Below are positions 19,384 through 30,284 of a stretch of 42,618 bases of DNA, in pieces. The DNA is from a virus (taxonomy: Duplodnaviria > Heunggongvirae > Uroviricota > Caudoviricetes). Position 1 is the first letter of the stretch. Each line of letters starts with the position of its first letter. The notes under the pieces were generated by a model, which worked only from the letters and a program-made list of their open reading frames with translations, ran no database searches and was not told where the DNA came from. Location of the stretch: IMG/VR virus record IMGVR_UViG_2529292830_000018; one strand, 5' to 3'. The position numbers and the translations under genes are program-made.

Positions 19384-21582
19384 TTACTGCTGTGGTTGTT
19401 GCTGAGTTGATTTTTGCAGGATGCTGTTGATGTCCATGCGCTGCGCATGGCCCTGCGCCTGACTCTTCAGGACAAGCTCTGCATCAGCACGGGCATTGTC
19501 TCCTTGCTGTTGCTGGAACTGTCCGAGCAGTTTCAGAGCCTCGCGGATATCAGATTTCTGCTGACTATCGGCAGATGCGAGGATTTTCACAACATTTGCC
19601 GCAGCAACCTGAGCATCAGTCTGTGCCTGGAATGCTTTAACCTGAATGGCTGCCTGTTCGTTCTGCGCTTTCTGCAATTCAGCCTGACCAGCCAGAAGCT
19701 GACCTTGCGCTGCAACCATAGCCGGATCCGGCTGACTGGCCTGTTGTTGTTTCGCCTGCTCAACCATCTGCTGTTCTTCTGGTGTTCTCGGCTTGATAAC
19801 TCCAGACAGAAGCAACTGATTGCGGTTGTATTCTTTCAGGTCTTCCATCCCTTCGCCGTCCATATTGTCGAGAATAAGAGACGATACAAGGTCATGCTTC
19901 GGCGTTCCCGGTGGGATAAGTGCCAGCATGGAAAGTAACGACTTAACCGTTGCATCACGGCGAGTAGCGAACGACTGACCAACATCGACAGTCACTTCAT
20001 AGTTACCCTGCGAAAGGTTGTTAAGAGCGATAACCTGCCCTGTCTGACGGTCAACCACTTCACCAGTCATCAGCGCCACGTCATCGCTGCCGTCCTCATT
20101 AACGATACGCATCGGCGTATCACTTCCATAGACCTCACGCGCCATAGAAAGCCACACAACGCCAGCGCGACGCATGGATTTAGCCATGTTGTCCATGTAG
20201 ATATAGGACTGCGTGTCCATCCGGTTAAAAATGCTATCAACGGTATCGGTGGCGACGTTGCTCGGCATGTTCTCAAGCTGCGACGCACCTGTAATTTGCT
20301 GAATAGCCGTTCCGGTGTACTGCAATAGCCCGGCAAGAGCAGGAGGCATTTGTGTCGGAGGTGTCCAGCCAGCAACCTGAGCCTCTGAAATGACCGTTCC
20401 GTTTTTGTCCTTCTTGCTGGTCATGGGAAGAACTGCAGGTCTTTTCTTATTCCTCTCTGCCCAGTGATTCATTAATGGACCGGGAATGAAATCAACATCC
20501 ACGATAGGAATGCCATCACCGCCAGCCTGAGTAGCGTTATCTGCAATCATGGAAACCATCAGGTTCTCAAGACGCTGTGCATCCATCGCTTTTGCAGCGT
20601 GGCCTTCGATTCGCTCCTGATTATCAACAAATGAGCGACGCCCATATACCGGGATGAGAGGAATATGTTCGCCAGGAATACGCTTCGGTTCTTCCAGCCA
20701 TTCAGCGCCAGAAAGAAGACCGCAATAAACTCGGCGTTTCTTCACTGTCCGCTCGCCAATCAGTTCGAATGCGCCATCGGTTAGCTCGTCGACAATATCT
20801 TTGATTTGCTCTTCATCATAGATTGCCGTTTCTCCGCTAACAGGGTTGCGCCACGCCGTGAGCTTCACCTTCTCTATGCGAACTTCGTAGTAGCGTCCAA
20901 CATAGATGGCATCGGGCGTTGACCAGTCATATTGAGTGCCAGTGTCATCACGAGAAAGGCTTGCCGCGGTGGAATCAGGGGATTCAGCCTCGAACGCTTT
21001 GGGCGTCATGGAGAACATTTCCATAGCCCACATAGCATCAGAGCGGTCATATTGCTTGCTGTCCTGATCGAAGAAGACGCATGTCGCCGGGTCGTAAACA
21101 GGAAGAAGGCTGATGCGTCGCTGCTCGTTACTTGGGTCCATTTCATCTTCGTAATCGGCACACATGCGGAAACAACCGAATCCGCCTGTTACAGCATCAT
21201 CAAATGCGTTATCACACGCTTCGCCACCGGATGTTTCCTGATAGTCAGCGCGGAATTTGCCGTTCATCTTTTCGGCTAACGCTTCCGATGCCTTATCGTC
21301 CTTCGGCCTGAATTTAACGCTGATGCGATTCTGTCGATACTCGCCAATGATGCGATCACATTCACGGGAAATCTTATTCAGTTCAAAGCGCGGGTAATGC
21401 TCAAACCTGCCTTCATCAAATGAGTAACCAGCGTTTGTGCTGCCTTCCCACTGTGCGCCGGACACCCGGACGAAACGTTGAGCCTCAATAATCTGCTCAC
21501 GCATATCCTGCGTTGCTGACCAGGCATTATCAAAGTTGCACAGCACCTTGCGATGCCAGTCAGCCATCTTTTTTTCTGCCAT
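19384..21582 (-). CDS. Portal protein, P22 gp1 / Sf6-like
   Basis: 732 aa; core segment ERTVKKRRVY...GEHIPLIPVYG and Q-rich C-terminal barrel resemble the P22-family portal. Confidence 0.9.
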   Translation of the reverse strand: MAEKKMADWHRKVLCNFDNAWSATQDMREQIIEAQRFVRVSGAQWEGSTNAGYSFDEGRFEHYPRFELNKISRECDRIIGEYRQNRISVKFRPKDDKASEALAEKMNGKFRADYQETSGGEACDNAFDDAVTGGFGCFRMCADYEDEMDPSNEQRRISLLPVYDPATCVFFDQDSKQYDRSDAMWAMEMFSMTPKAFEAESPDSTAASLSRDDTGTQYDWSTPDAIYVGRYYEVRIEKVKLTAWRNPVSGETAIYDEEQIKDIVDELTDGAFELIGERTVKKRRVYCGLLSGAEWLEEPKRIPGEHIPLIPVYGRRSFVDNQERIEGHAAKAMDAQRLENLMVSMIADNATQAGGDGIPIVDVDFIPGPLMNHWAERNKKRPAVLPMTSKKDKNGTVISEAQVAGWTPPTQMPPALAGLLQYTGTAIQQITGASQLENMPSNVATDTVDSIFNRMDTQSYIYMDNMAKSMRRAGVVWLSMAREVYGSDTPMRIVNEDGSDDVALMTGEVVDRQTGQVIALNNLSQGNYEVTVDVGQSFATRRDATVKSLLSMLALIPPGTPKHDLVSSLILDNMDGEGMEDLKEYNRNQLLLSGVIKPRTPEEQQMVEQAKQQQASQPDPAMVAAQGQLLAGQAELQKAQNEQAAIQVKAFQAQTDAQVAAANVVKILASADSQQKSDIREALKLLGQFQQQQGDNARADAELVLKSQAQGHAQRMDINSILQKSTQQQPQQ

Positions 21583-21583
21583 A

Positions 21584-22999
21584 TCAACCTACACCACAAG
21601 GAATTGAGTAACTGGAATAGTCGGGTTGCGCAGCCGACTCCGGGCAATGCATACACATCATCAGCGCATCAGCCAGGTTAGGAGATGGAATACCGAGCTT
21701 CTGCTTCATTTCGACCTTAGTCATTAGCTCCAGCTTCCCGTTGTTATTGAATTTGCGCTGAATCTGCGTCAGTTCTGCAAACAACTTCTCCAGCATCTTC
21801 TCGCCTATCGCTTCTTTGTCGAAACTCAGCATGTCGTCAGGGTCTGCATACTCACCGTAGACAACCGCCCGATATGTCAGATACAGCCTGTCAGCCAGCG
21901 CGTAATAGAATTGCGCTCGCTTATTGCGGAACACATCGCCAATAGTGCGAACGTTGTCGCCCTGTACGACTTCATCAGCCCATGCTCCGGCCTGATATGG
22001 CGCATCTTCATCGAATGGCGATTCGCTGCCCTTGAACATCGTGGCGGTGATTTTCTTGCCGGAGAACGCTTCCGTTGTCTGTCTGCGTAGACCCGCACCA
22101 ACACCATCACCATCCCACAGGTAATGGTCAGCACCGTCTTCAATCGCCAGCGAAGTTGCCCAGTCAGCACCTTCATTGATGTCCATCAGCAGACCTTCGG
22201 CAATGCACTTAACAACCGAACCGTGACGCGATGCATAACCTTTAGCATCCGGCCCTGTATCTGACGGGTCATGCGCAGAGACAACAGCGCCTTTCGCTTT
22301 CCATCCGAGTTTCTTGTGCGCATCGGTTGCGGCTTCAAGCCATTCACGTTTGATGATTGCCATATCACTTGCGCTTACTGGCTCACCAAGCCAGATGTGA
22401 CGATACAGTGTCGGATTTCTGCGTTTGCACTCTTCCATCTCCAGACGGAGAACTTCAGGAAAGTGCGGGTTGTCGGTGTAGTTCACCGTCAGCAGACAAA
22501 TATCATCGGGAGGATTTACAACGAATCGCTGATAGGTATCGTCGAGGATGTTCTTCGGGTTAAAGCTCACCCATATTTCAGAGAACGGCTTACGGATGGT
22601 TGGGATCAGGATATCCCACGATTCCTTCGTTACCGCTTCCGCTTCTTCCACCCAGCAAATATCAATGCCTTCTAGCGATTTAATCTTCGTCGGGTTGTTT
22701 TTGATGCCGTAGAACATGAATTCAGCATTCGTTCCGAGATGACGAATCATTGAACGCTGAATTTCAAACTCAGCCGAATACCCTTCCCGCTCTATGGTGT
22801 CTTCAAGCAACCGGATTACCGAATCGCTGATACTGTTTTGCAGTTCACGAGCACAGAGAATACGCACTGGCTGCCGACGCGCCGCTTCAACAAGCAGTCT
22901 CGCAATTGCCCATGATTTACCGCTACCTCGACCGCCTTTGGCGACTTTGTAGCGATGCGCCTCAATGAACGGTTCAAAGATAGGATTAATCGAGGTCAT
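21584..22999 (-). CDS. Terminase large subunit
   Basis: 471 aa; Walker A KVAKGGRGSGKSWAIA near the N-terminus; directly downstream of TerS. Confidence 0.9.
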   Translation of the reverse strand: MTSINPIFEPFIEAHRYKVAKGGRGSGKSWAIARLLVEAARRQPVRILCARELQNSISDSVIRLLEDTIEREGYSAEFEIQRSMIRHLGTNAEFMFYGIKNNPTKIKSLEGIDICWVEEAEAVTKESWDILIPTIRKPFSEIWVSFNPKNILDDTYQRFVVNPPDDICLLTVNYTDNPHFPEVLRLEMEECKRRNPTLYRHIWLGEPVSASDMAIIKREWLEAATDAHKKLGWKAKGAVVSAHDPSDTGPDAKGYASRHGSVVKCIAEGLLMDINEGADWATSLAIEDGADHYLWDGDGVGAGLRRQTTEAFSGKKITATMFKGSESPFDEDAPYQAGAWADEVVQGDNVRTIGDVFRNKRAQFYYALADRLYLTYRAVVYGEYADPDDMLSFDKEAIGEKMLEKLFAELTQIQRKFNNNGKLELMTKVEMKQKLGIPSPNLADALMMCMHCPESAAQPDYSSYSIPCGVG

Positions 23000-23436
23000 T
23001 TTCCGAATAGAGTGCTCATCGGTGATGTTTCAATCTGGATTGCGCCGCCGTCTTTGCCTGTTAGCTCGTGATCAACCTTGTCGCGCCATTTATCCTTCTG
23101 TCGGTTCTTAAGCCAGAAGATGGCAGCGGTTGTATCAGGCGGGTAATACTTCTCAAGCGGAGTTTCGACAATTCTGTTTTCAATAACACGAATATCGATG
23201 TCTGGAGCCACGAAGCCCATAGCGCGTTGATAAAGACGGTCACTAACTTCTGCATCAGCGACGGCCTTACCCTTTTTTATGGACTCCGAAAACTTAGGAT
23301 AATCAAGCTTCCACTTGTTAATAGTTGACTCACTGACTTCAAAGAAATCAGCAAGTTCTGCGTCTGTATAGCCCAGCAAGCACAGTTTGCGTGCCTGTTC
23401 GGCATACGCCTCTTGATACTTTGTTGGGCGCGCCAT
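22996..23436 (-). CDS. Terminase small subunit (Sf6 gp1-like)
   Basis: 146 aa; C-terminus ELTGKDGGAIQIETSPMSTLFGK matches the recalled Sf6 TerS C-terminus. Confidence 0.8.
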   Translation of the reverse strand: MARPTKYQEAYAEQARKLCLLGYTDAELADFFEVSESTINKWKLDYPKFSESIKKGKAVADAEVSDRLYQRAMGFVAPDIDIRVIENRIVETPLEKYYPPDTTAAIFWLKNRQKDKWRDKVDHELTGKDGGAIQIETSPMSTLFGK

Positions 23437-23438
23437 GT

Positions 23439-23681
23439 TTATGCTCCGGTAGTGAACAGGTCTAACGCTTCCTTCGATTTACGCACCGCTTCGATAGTGC
23501 GGGTCGTGATATCTGAATTAGCGCCGCCTGACTGGAAGTGAATTTTGAATAGCTCAAGCTTCAGCTCGTCAGTGCCAATGAACTGAAATGCTTCCTCTGC
23601 TGCTGCGTTCTGGTTCATGACCAGCTTGTAAATCTCTAACTGGAATTTCTGTTCTTCAGTCATGGGAATAATCTCTGCCAT
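23439..23681 (-). CDS. Hypothetical protein
   Basis: 80-aa ORF immediately upstream of TerS. Confidence 0.4.
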   Translation of the reverse strand: MAEIIPMTEEQKFQLEIYKLVMNQNAAAEEAFQFIGTDELKLELFKIHFQSGGANSDITTRTIEAVRKSKEALDLFTTGA

Positions 23682-23784
23682 TGTTGGCTCCGTTTATCCG
23701 TTAAAAGGGATATCAGTTAAGTTATCCCGTGTAGGGTATAAGCCATTATCAAAGCCACTCTGTAGGGAATGGCTTTTGTAATAA

Positions 23785-24165
23785 CTACTGTTCGCTTAGC
23801 TTCTGCTTCAGCAAGTAACCTTCGAGCATCCAGATTTTGTTTACAGCATTTTGCCGGGCAATCTTCCGACCAATTTCTGCATCAAAGTTTTCCTGGCTTG
23901 CACAGGCACTCTCTCCGGTGACGGTGAAGCCATTCTTCAGCACCAGTACGCAGAAAGTGAGCAACTTCAATGGTGATAAATCACGATCGCCTTCTTCTGG
24001 TTTTTCCCTGCCACAATATTCGTTGCTGGAAATGGCACCATTACGTCCATCATAAGCAGTAAAGTAATGCTCGCTTTTAATCACGTCTTCGATGTGCTGC
24101 GGAGTGATTCTCGGAGCGGTTTTGCCTTTCTCAACGATTTCTTTTTCGATTTGCTGGTCGTTCAT
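23785..24165 (-). CDS. Hypothetical protein (possibly DUF1398/YbcV-like)
   Basis: 126-aa ORF between the lysis cassette and packaging genes; family assignment is a weak recollection. Confidence 0.4.
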   Translation of the reverse strand: MNDQQIEKEIVEKGKTAPRITPQHIEDVIKSEHYFTAYDGRNGAISSNEYCGREKPEEGDRDLSPLKLLTFCVLVLKNGFTVTGESACASQENFDAEIGRKIARQNAVNKIWMLEGYLLKQKLSEQ

Positions 24166-24544
24166 AATTATGACCCTGTGGAGTGGTTGCTTGATTAGGA
24201 TGTCTTTCCATCAGTCCGCCACCACAAAGAATCTTTTTTTGCCATAAGGCAGGAGGTTCATCTTTCAGTGGATGCCAGTGTTATTTCCCCACTTACTGGC
24301 TTGGGTTGTTTCGCTGTACTGCCGTAACTGGTTACCCAGAATAAATTCCGGTTTCATTATCAAGCCCACCAGTAGATAGGCTTTGTAATGAACTGGCTCT
24401 TATCTCAACGCAGCCCCTTACCGCGCGCCAGATGCTCAATATCAAGCATCAGCAATGAGATGTTTAATCTGGATTCACTCCAGAAGTGATCACCACCCTG
24501 TCTACAGAGCCAGATGTGAAGGATGATGAGTAAAATTATCGCTA

Positions 24545-24982
24545 TCATCGAAGGCATTGCGTCCTGATGTATTCCTGCAGGTAGTTAACCTGCGCGGTTA
24601 TCCTGTCGATTCCACTTCGGAGACGGTAATAATTGAGTTCAGCATCTGCTGTAAGTCTTGGGCTTTCTCCATCGCCCATGCCGCTGGCTCCGGTCGTTGA
24701 CTTTGCACAGGTGGCGGCGACCTGCAGGCGCTTACGCCCAGCAGAAACATCAGCGCGGAGACTTTCGATAGTCGCGTTAGCATCAGCAAGCTCCTTTGTG
24801 TATCTGGCATCGAGTTCAGCTACATCACGTTGACGCTTCTGCATATCAGCGATGATGGATGTGGCTTTATCGCGCTGCTCTTTGTAGGTCATGGCGTTAT
24901 CACGGTAATGATTAACAGCCCATGACAGGCAGACGATGATGCAGATAACCAGAGCGGAGATAATCGCGGTTACTCTGCTCAT
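24545..24982 (-). CDS. Rz: Spanin, inner-membrane subunit (Rz-like)
   Basis: 145 aa; N-terminal TM helix then coiled coil; immediately after the endolysin gene. Confidence 0.8.
   Translation of the reverse strand: MSRVTAIISALVICIIVCLSWAVNHYRDNAMTYKEQRDKATSIIADMQKRQRDVAELDARYTKELADANATIESLRADVSAGRKRLQVAATCAKSTTGASGMGDGESPRLTADAELNYYRLRSGIDRITAQVNYLQEYIRTQCLR
24598..24783 (-). CDS. Rz1: Spanin, outer-membrane lipoprotein subunit (Rz1-like), embedded in Rz in another frame
   Basis: Embedded ORF with lipobox (LLGVSAC) and proline-rich mature part ([14 protein letters not shown]); start chosen at MLTRL. Confidence 0.7.
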   Translation of the reverse strand: MLTRLSKVSALMFLLGVSACRSPPPVQSQRPEPAAWAMEKAQDLQQMLNSIITVSEVESTG

Positions 24983-25455
24983 ACCTCAATCTCTCTGACC
25001 GTTCCGCCTGCCTCTTTGAATTTTGCAATCAGGTTGTCAGCCTTATGCTCGAACTGACCATAACCAGCGCCCGGCAGTGAAGCCCAGATATTGCTGCAAC
25101 GGTCGATAGCCTGACGGATATCACCGCGATCAATCATCGGTAAAGCGCCACGCTCTTTAATCTGTTGCAGTGCCACAGCGTCCTGGCTTTTCGGAGAGAA
25201 GTCTTTCAGGCCAAGTTGCTTGCGGTAGGCATCCCACCAACGGGAAAGAAGCTGGTAACGTCCGGCGGCTGTTGATTTGAGTTTTGGGTTTAGCGTGACA
25301 AGTTTGCGAGGGTGATCGGAGTAATCAGTGAATAGCTCTCCACCAACAATGACGTCATAACCATGATTTCTGGTTTTCTGACGTCCATTATCAGTTCCCT
25401 CTGACCACGCCAGCATATCGAGGAACGCCTTACGTTGATTATTGATTTCCACCAT
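24979..25455 (-). CDS. R: Endolysin (lytic transglycosylase), lambda R
   Basis: 158 aa; [45 protein letters not shown] is near-identical to recalled lambda R. Confidence 0.95.
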   Translation of the reverse strand: MVEINNQRKAFLDMLAWSEGTDNGRQKTRNHGYDVIVGGELFTDYSDHPRKLVTLNPKLKSTAAGRYQLLSRWWDAYRKQLGLKDFSPKSQDAVALQQIKERGALPMIDRGDIRQAIDRCSNIWASLPGAGYGQFEHKADNLIAKFKEAGGTVREIEV

Positions 25456-25762
25456 CTTCTACTCCGGCTTTTTTAGCAGCGAAGCGTTTGATAAGCGAAC
25501 CAATCGAGTCAGTACCGATGTAGCCGATGAACACGCTCGTTATATAAGCGAGATTGCTACTTAGTCCTGCGAAGTCGAGAAGGTCACGAATGAACCAGGC
25601 GATAATGGCGCACATCGTTGCGTCGATTACTGTTTTTGTAAACGCACCGCCATTATATCTGCCGCGAAGGTACGCCATTGCAAACGCAAGAATTGCCCCG
25701 ATGCCTTGTTCCTTTGCCGCGAGAATGGCGGCTAACAGGTCATGTTTTTCTGGCATCTTCAT
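25439..25762 (-). CDS. S: Holin, lambda S
   Basis: 107 aa; [43 protein letters not shown] near-identical to lambda S107. Confidence 0.95.
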   Translation of the reverse strand: MKMPEKHDLLAAILAAKEQGIGAILAFAMAYLRGRYNGGAFTKTVIDATMCAIIAWFIRDLLDFAGLSSNLAYITSVFIGYIGTDSIGSLIKRFAAKKAGVEDGGNQ

Positions 25763-26160
25763 GTCTTACCCCCAATAAGGGGATTTGCTCTATTTAATTA
25801 GGAATAAGGTCGATTACTGATAGAACAAATCCAGGCTACTGTGTTTAGTAATCAGATTTGTTCGTGACCGATATGCACGGGCAAAACGGCATGAGGTTGT
25901 TAGCGCAACCTCCTGCCACCCGCTTTCACGAAGATCATGTGTAGAAGGCCGCAGCGTAACTATCACTGATGAATTCAGGATAGTCAGTGGCTACGGCTCA
26001 GTTTGGGTTGTGCTGTTGCTGGGCGGCGATGACGCCTGTACGCATTTGGTGATCCGGTTCTGCTTCCGGCATTCGCTTAATTCAGCACAACGATAAGAGC
26101 ACTCGGTGCATTTAAGCCAAGCCCCATAAGGGAGAATGCTCTTACCTGTTGCACAGATAT

Positions 26161-26349
26161 AAAAAATCCCGAAACCGTTATGCAGGCTCTAACTATTACC
26201 TGCGAACTGTTTCGGGATTGCATTTTGCAGACCTCTCAGCCTGCGATGGTTGGAGTTCCAGACGATACGTCGAAGTGACCAACTAGGCGGAATCGGTAGT
26301 AAGCGCCGCCTCTTTTTATCTCACTACCACAACGAGCGAATTAACCCAT
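26161..26349 (-). ncRNA. Lambda 6S RNA (pR' leader transcript ending at tR'), includes the qut region
   Basis: Minus strand reads ATGGGTTAATTCGCTCGTTGTGGTAGTGAG... from 26349 and ends at the tR' hairpin with T-tract (plus-strand aaaaaatcccgaaaccg at 26161-26177); matches recalled lambda sequence. Confidence 0.7.
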
Positions 26350-26390
26350 CGTTGGGTCAAATTTACCCAACTTTATTCAAAAAGTCAATA
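26350..26390 (-). promoter_or_regulatory. Late promoter pR'
   Basis: Minus strand TTGACT (rc of 26383-26388), 17-bp spacer, TAAATT (rc of 26360-26365), as in lambda pR'. Confidence 0.7.
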
Positions 26391-26430
26391 TCATGCCGTT
26401 AATATGTTGCCATCCGTGGCAATCATGCTG

Positions 26431-27054
26431 CTAACGTGTGACCGCATTCAAGATATTGTCTGCGATTGACTCTTCCTTGTGGCATTGCACCACCAGAGCG
26501 TCATACAGCGGCTTAACAGTGCGTGACCAGGTGGGTTGAGTAAGGTTTGGGATTAGCATCGTTACAGCGCGATATGCGGCGCTTGCTGGCATTCTTGAAT
26601 AGCCGACACCTTTGCATCTTCCGCACTCTTTCTCAACAACTCTCCCCCACTGCTCCGTTTTTGCTATATCAACCGCACGGCCTGTACCGTGGCAATCTCT
26701 GCATCTTGCGCCCGGCGTAGCGGCACTACGGCAATAATCCGCATAAGCGAATGTTGCGAGCACTTGCAGTACCTTTGCCTTAGTATTTCCTTCAAGCTTT
26801 GCCACGCCACGGTATTTCCCCGATACCTTGTGTGCAAATTGCATCAGATAGTTGATAGCCTTTTGTTTGTCGTTCTGGCTGAGTTCATGCTTACCGCAGA
26901 ATGCAGCCATTCCGAATCCGGCTTGTGATTGCGCCATCCCCATAGCAGCCATCACATCAGTACCGGAAAGAGAGTCAGAAGCCGTGGCCCGTGGTGAGTC
27001 GCTCATCATCGGGCTTTTTGGCGAATGAAATTTAGCTACGCTTTCGAGTCTCAT
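26431..27054 (-). CDS. Q: Late antiterminator Q (lambda type)
   Basis: 207 aa; [48 protein letters not shown] near-identical to lambda Q. Confidence 0.95.
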   Translation of the reverse strand: MRLESVAKFHSPKSPMMSDSPRATASDSLSGTDVMAAMGMAQSQAGFGMAAFCGKHELSQNDKQKAINYLMQFAHKVSGKYRGVAKLEGNTKAKVLQVLATFAYADYCRSAATPGARCRDCHGTGRAVDIAKTEQWGRVVEKECGRCKGVGYSRMPASAAYRAVTMLIPNLTQPTWSRTVKPLYDALVVQCHKEESIADNILNAVTR

Positions 27055-27716
27055 GCGCCTTCTCCCTGTGCCTGAATCAATGTGAGGTTTCCGCAGAACA
27101 CTGCGCCGGTATCGATATACATCTGGTTGGCAAACTTGAGTGGTTTCACTGCTGGCGTATGACCAAAGATGAACATGTCCGCGCCTTTGATTTCTTTCAC
27201 GATCCCGTCTTGTGAGTTGCTGATTCGTTCGCGGTTCCAGATTACCTGCTGATGATCAACTGGCTTTCCAAACTCGTATTCGTCACAAGGATAATCGGCG
27301 TGGCAGATGACATATTTTTTATCTTTGCTCACCAGTTCGATGATTAACGGAAGTTCTTCTGCTTTATGGGCAAGAGCTTTAGCCAGAGTTTCTTTGTCGT
27401 AATCGAGATTAAAGAACCAACTACCGCCATTAAGCAGCCAGTGATTGACGTTTCCGCGCTCTGATAAGCCATCAATCATCATTTGCTCATGGTTTCCACG
27501 TACAGCTCTGAACCAGGGGAATGTGATTAATTCCAGGCATTCGACGTTCTCTGTACCGCGATCGACCAAATCGCCAACCGAGATAAGCAGGTCTTTTTTG
27601 GTGTCGAATTCTATCGTCTCCAGTTTTTTCATCAGGTTCGTGTAGCATCCGTGCAGATCGCCAACTACCCAAATATTTCGGTATTTGCTGCCATCAATTT
27701 TTTCGTAATAGCGCAT
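27051..27716 (-). CDS. ninI: Ser/Thr protein phosphatase NinI
   Basis: Start at [25 protein letters not shown] (221 aa as in lambda); metallophosphatase motifs GDLVDRG and GNHE. Confidence 0.9.
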   Translation of the reverse strand: MRYYEKIDGSKYRNIWVVGDLHGCYTNLMKKLETIEFDTKKDLLISVGDLVDRGTENVECLELITFPWFRAVRGNHEQMMIDGLSERGNVNHWLLNGGSWFFNLDYDKETLAKALAHKAEELPLIIELVSKDKKYVICHADYPCDEYEFGKPVDHQQVIWNRERISNSQDGIVKEIKGADMFIFGHTPAVKPLKFANQMYIDTGAVFCGNLTLIQAQGEGA

Positions 27717-27900
27717 CTCTTTCACTCCATCCGCGATGAACCATGAGAACGTCGTTGACGATGGCGTGCATTTTCCCGTCTTTATCATCAACGTATTTTC
27801 TGACCGTACCGCGACTACATTTCAGTCTGCGTGCTACTTCTGTCTGGTTTCCGTATGCTTCAACGAGCATGTCTGGAATGGTTTTTACTGAGAACGTCAT
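27694..27900 (-). CDS. ninH: NinH
   Basis: 68 aa; matches recalled lambda NinH. Confidence 0.85.
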   Translation of the reverse strand: MTFSVKTIPDMLVEAYGNQTEVARRLKCSRGTVRKYVDDKDGKMHAIVNDVLMVHRGWSERDALLRKN

Positions 27901-28511
27901 GCGGCCTCACTTCTGCTATTTCGCAGGTCTTTGAGTTTCTGCTGATACTCCGCCTTGATGGCCCTGCACTCTTCGACAGTCCAGCGATGGCGGTTATGGT
28001 TTGATTCGATTTCGTCTACTGCTTCCTGCCCGATGCGATTAATCAGTTCGACGCGATACGGAACGAGATTTCCGCTTTTGTGCTGGTTGCACACCACGCA
28101 TTGCTTGTGAATATTGCGTTCATCAAATCGGAGTTGAGGTGCCGCAGCAGTTGTCCGGTAATGTCCGGCATCCCACTGAGCAGACGTGAGCGTTCCGCAC
28201 GAGATACATGGTAAGTCGCGGTCTCTTTCTCTGATGAAGGCGTTTACGGCTTGTTGGGCTTGTTTAATCCAGTAACTGCGGGGCTTTAAGGCGAGTTTTC
28301 GAATCTTAAGTTTATCTTTCTGTTTCTGCTCCTCTCGTCGTCGTTTCTTCTCTGCTGCTTTTTCCGCTTTTTCGCGTTCTTTGCTTCGTCGTTCGAGTGC
28401 TATCTTGGTTCCACACTCTGGAGAGCACCACCACTGATTAGCGAATGCAGGGTGAAACCATTCCCGGCATTCATCGTTTTTACATCGTCTTCGCGCTGGT
28501 TTAGCCATCAT
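27897..28511 (-). CDS. ninG: NinG (Rap recombination endonuclease)
   Basis: 204 aa; cysteine-rich N-terminus [19 protein letters not shown] as in lambda NinG. Confidence 0.9.
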   Translation of the reverse strand: MMAKPARRRCKNDECREWFHPAFANQWWCSPECGTKIALERRSKEREKAEKAAEKKRRREEQKQKDKLKIRKLALKPRSYWIKQAQQAVNAFIRERDRDLPCISCGTLTSAQWDAGHYRTTAAAPQLRFDERNIHKQCVVCNQHKSGNLVPYRVELINRIGQEAVDEIESNHNRHRWTVEECRAIKAEYQQKLKDLRNSRSEAA

Positions 28512-28677
28512 CTTCTTCCTCGTACATTGAGCTATTCGGATCGCTCATCAGTTCTGCGCAACAGTGCTCACACACGTGAACTTCCAGCACATGCAGCTTC
28601 TGACCGCAGTTAGCGCACGTTAAAGCTCGCTCGACGCTTTCTTTCTGGTATTGAAGGGATTGGGATGGGCTAAGCAT
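28501..28677 (-). CDS. ninF: NinF
   Basis: Start at [29 protein letters not shown], matching recalled lambda NinF. Confidence 0.8.
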   Translation of the reverse strand: MLSPSQSLQYQKESVERALTCANCGQKLHVLEVHVCEHCCAELMSDPNSSMYEEEDDG

Positions 28678-29077
28678 GGCTTTCACCATTAAAAAGTCGC
28701 TTGTAAGCATCAATGTCTCGTTTTGCTTCACCGAGCTTTCGTCTTAATTCCATGTTTTCTGATTCAAGCTTTTCCATGTCTTGTTGGTATCGATCGCGGT
28801 GTTCTTTCCATGCTTTTCGATACGCCTTCATGTATGTCGTTTTGGCCTTTCTCTTTGCCTGACGAACAGCGTGATGGTTTTCTACAAACCACTCAGGGTC
28901 GTTAAATGCTGCTCTGGCGCATGTAGACAAATAATTTGCTGCCTCCCTGTTTAGCCAACAAATACTGATAAATGGCAACTTGATAAGCACCATTTTTCGT
29001 TGAGACTCTTTCTCGCCAAACATGTGCCATTTTTTGATGCTAAGGCCAAATCCAGGTTGAATTAAAAGCATTGTCAT
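28670..29077 (-). CDS. Hypothetical protein inserted between ninE and ninF
   Basis: 135 aa from [10 protein letters not shown]; ATG overlaps the ninE stop (ATGA). No counterpart in lambda nin that I recall. Confidence 0.5.
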   Translation of the reverse strand: MTMLLIQPGFGLSIKKWHMFGEKESQRKMVLIKLPFISICWLNREAANYLSTCARAAFNDPEWFVENHHAVRQAKRKAKTTYMKAYRKAWKEHRDRYQQDMEKLESENMELRRKLGEAKRDIDAYKRLFNGESHA

Positions 29078-29250
29078 TTCCTCGCACGATATCTTAGCCA
29101 CCGGATATCCCACAGGTGAGCTGTGTAATTGAAGGTTTTTACGTCAGATTCTTTTGGGATTGGCTTGCGTTTATTTCTGGAGCGTTTCGTTGGAAGGTAT
29201 TTGCAGTTTTCGCAGATGATGTCGGTGAAACTTCGTCGCTGTCGCCTCAT
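29074..29250 (-). CDS. ninE: NinE
   Basis: Start at [23 protein letters not shown], matching lambda NinE. Confidence 0.85.
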   Translation of the reverse strand: MRRQRRSFTDIICENCKYLPTKRSRNKRKPIPKESDVKTFNYTAHLWDIRWLRYRARK

Positions 29251-29774
29251 GCCGCCCTCCTGACGCCCTGCCCGATCGCCATCAATGCCGCTTTGGATAC
29301 GGTAGTAAACATCCGTCGAGGACTGATGAACGGTCGCCAAATCAGCAGCATGGAGCCTTTGCTGTTTCCCTTCTTCTCCAACCCTGTCGATGGTTCGATA
29401 AAATTAATCCGTCCATCAGTGATAATGCGAACTTCGTCGACACTCTCCAGAGCCTTGCTGAACCATCCGACTGACATATCCTCTGGCACAAGCATAACTA
29501 CCGTCTGTCGCTGTTGTATGCACTGCTCAGCGGCTTTTTCCACCCACGGTCTGATATTGCTGTACGGTGGGTTATTCCAGATTGCACCGTGGCTTACCCA
29601 CTCAGAATTGAGCGCGTCGTCGGCCTCAGTTAGCCAGTGAGCACACAGAGCATTTTTGTCGCTCGCTGCCGAATCCAGCCAGAATCCAAACTCAATATCC
29701 AGTGCATCAAAAAGCCAAAGCGGCGTTTGCCAGCAGTCCTTGTCGTGTGCTGGCGTATTTGATTTGATAGTCAT
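29247..29774 (-). CDS. Phage-type DNA N6-adenine methyltransferase (Dam family)
   Basis: Start at [26 protein letters not shown]; NPPYS catalytic motif; start overlaps the ninB stop. Confidence 0.75.
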   Translation of the reverse strand: MTIKSNTPAHDKDCWQTPLWLFDALDIEFGFWLDSAASDKNALCAHWLTEADDALNSEWVSHGAIWNNPPYSNIRPWVEKAAEQCIQQRQTVVMLVPEDMSVGWFSKALESVDEVRIITDGRINFIEPSTGLEKKGNSKGSMLLIWRPFISPRRMFTTVSKAALMAIGQGVRRAA

Positions 29775-30211
29775 GCAGCCCGATCTCCCCATCTCGCTTT
29801 CCACTCCAGAGCCAGTCTCGCTTCGTCTGACCACTTAACGCCACGCTCTGTACCGAATGCCTGTATAAGCTCTAATAGCTCCGCAAATTCGCCTACACGC
29901 ATCCTGCTGGTTGACTGGCCTATTACCACAAAGCCATTCCCGGCAAGGTTAGGAACAACATCCTGCTGCTTTAATGCTGCGGTAAACACACACTTCCAGC
30001 TTTCTGCATCCAGCCAGCGCCCATGCCATTCAACCTGACGAGAGACGTCACCAAGGCAAGCCCAAAGCTTTCGGTTCTGGTCTAAGCTGCGGTTGCGTTC
30101 CTGAATGGTTACTACGATTGGTTTGGTTGGGTCTGGAAGGATTTGCTGTACTGCGTGAATAGCGTTTTGCTGATGTGCTGGAGATCGAATTTCAAAGGTT
30201 AGTTTTTTCAT
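29771..30211 (-). CDS. ninB: NinB (Orf recombination mediator)
   Basis: Start at MKKLTFEIRSPAHQQNAIHAVQQILPDPTKP; matches lambda NinB. Confidence 0.9.
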   Translation of the reverse strand: MKKLTFEIRSPAHQQNAIHAVQQILPDPTKPIVVTIQERNRSLDQNRKLWACLGDVSRQVEWHGRWLDAESWKCVFTAALKQQDVVPNLAGNGFVVIGQSTSRMRVGEFAELLELIQAFGTERGVKWSDEARLALEWKARWGDRAA

Positions 30212-30284
30212 GACTTCCCTCTCCCCCAAATAAAAAGGCCTGCGATTACCAGCAGGCCTGTTATTAGCTCAGTAATGTAGATGG

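Noticed and set aside
24166-24544. Lambda bor lipoprotein gene expected on the plus strand after Rz
   Set aside because: No ORF with a lipoprotein signal peptide is present; only very short ORFs with poorly spaced RBS.
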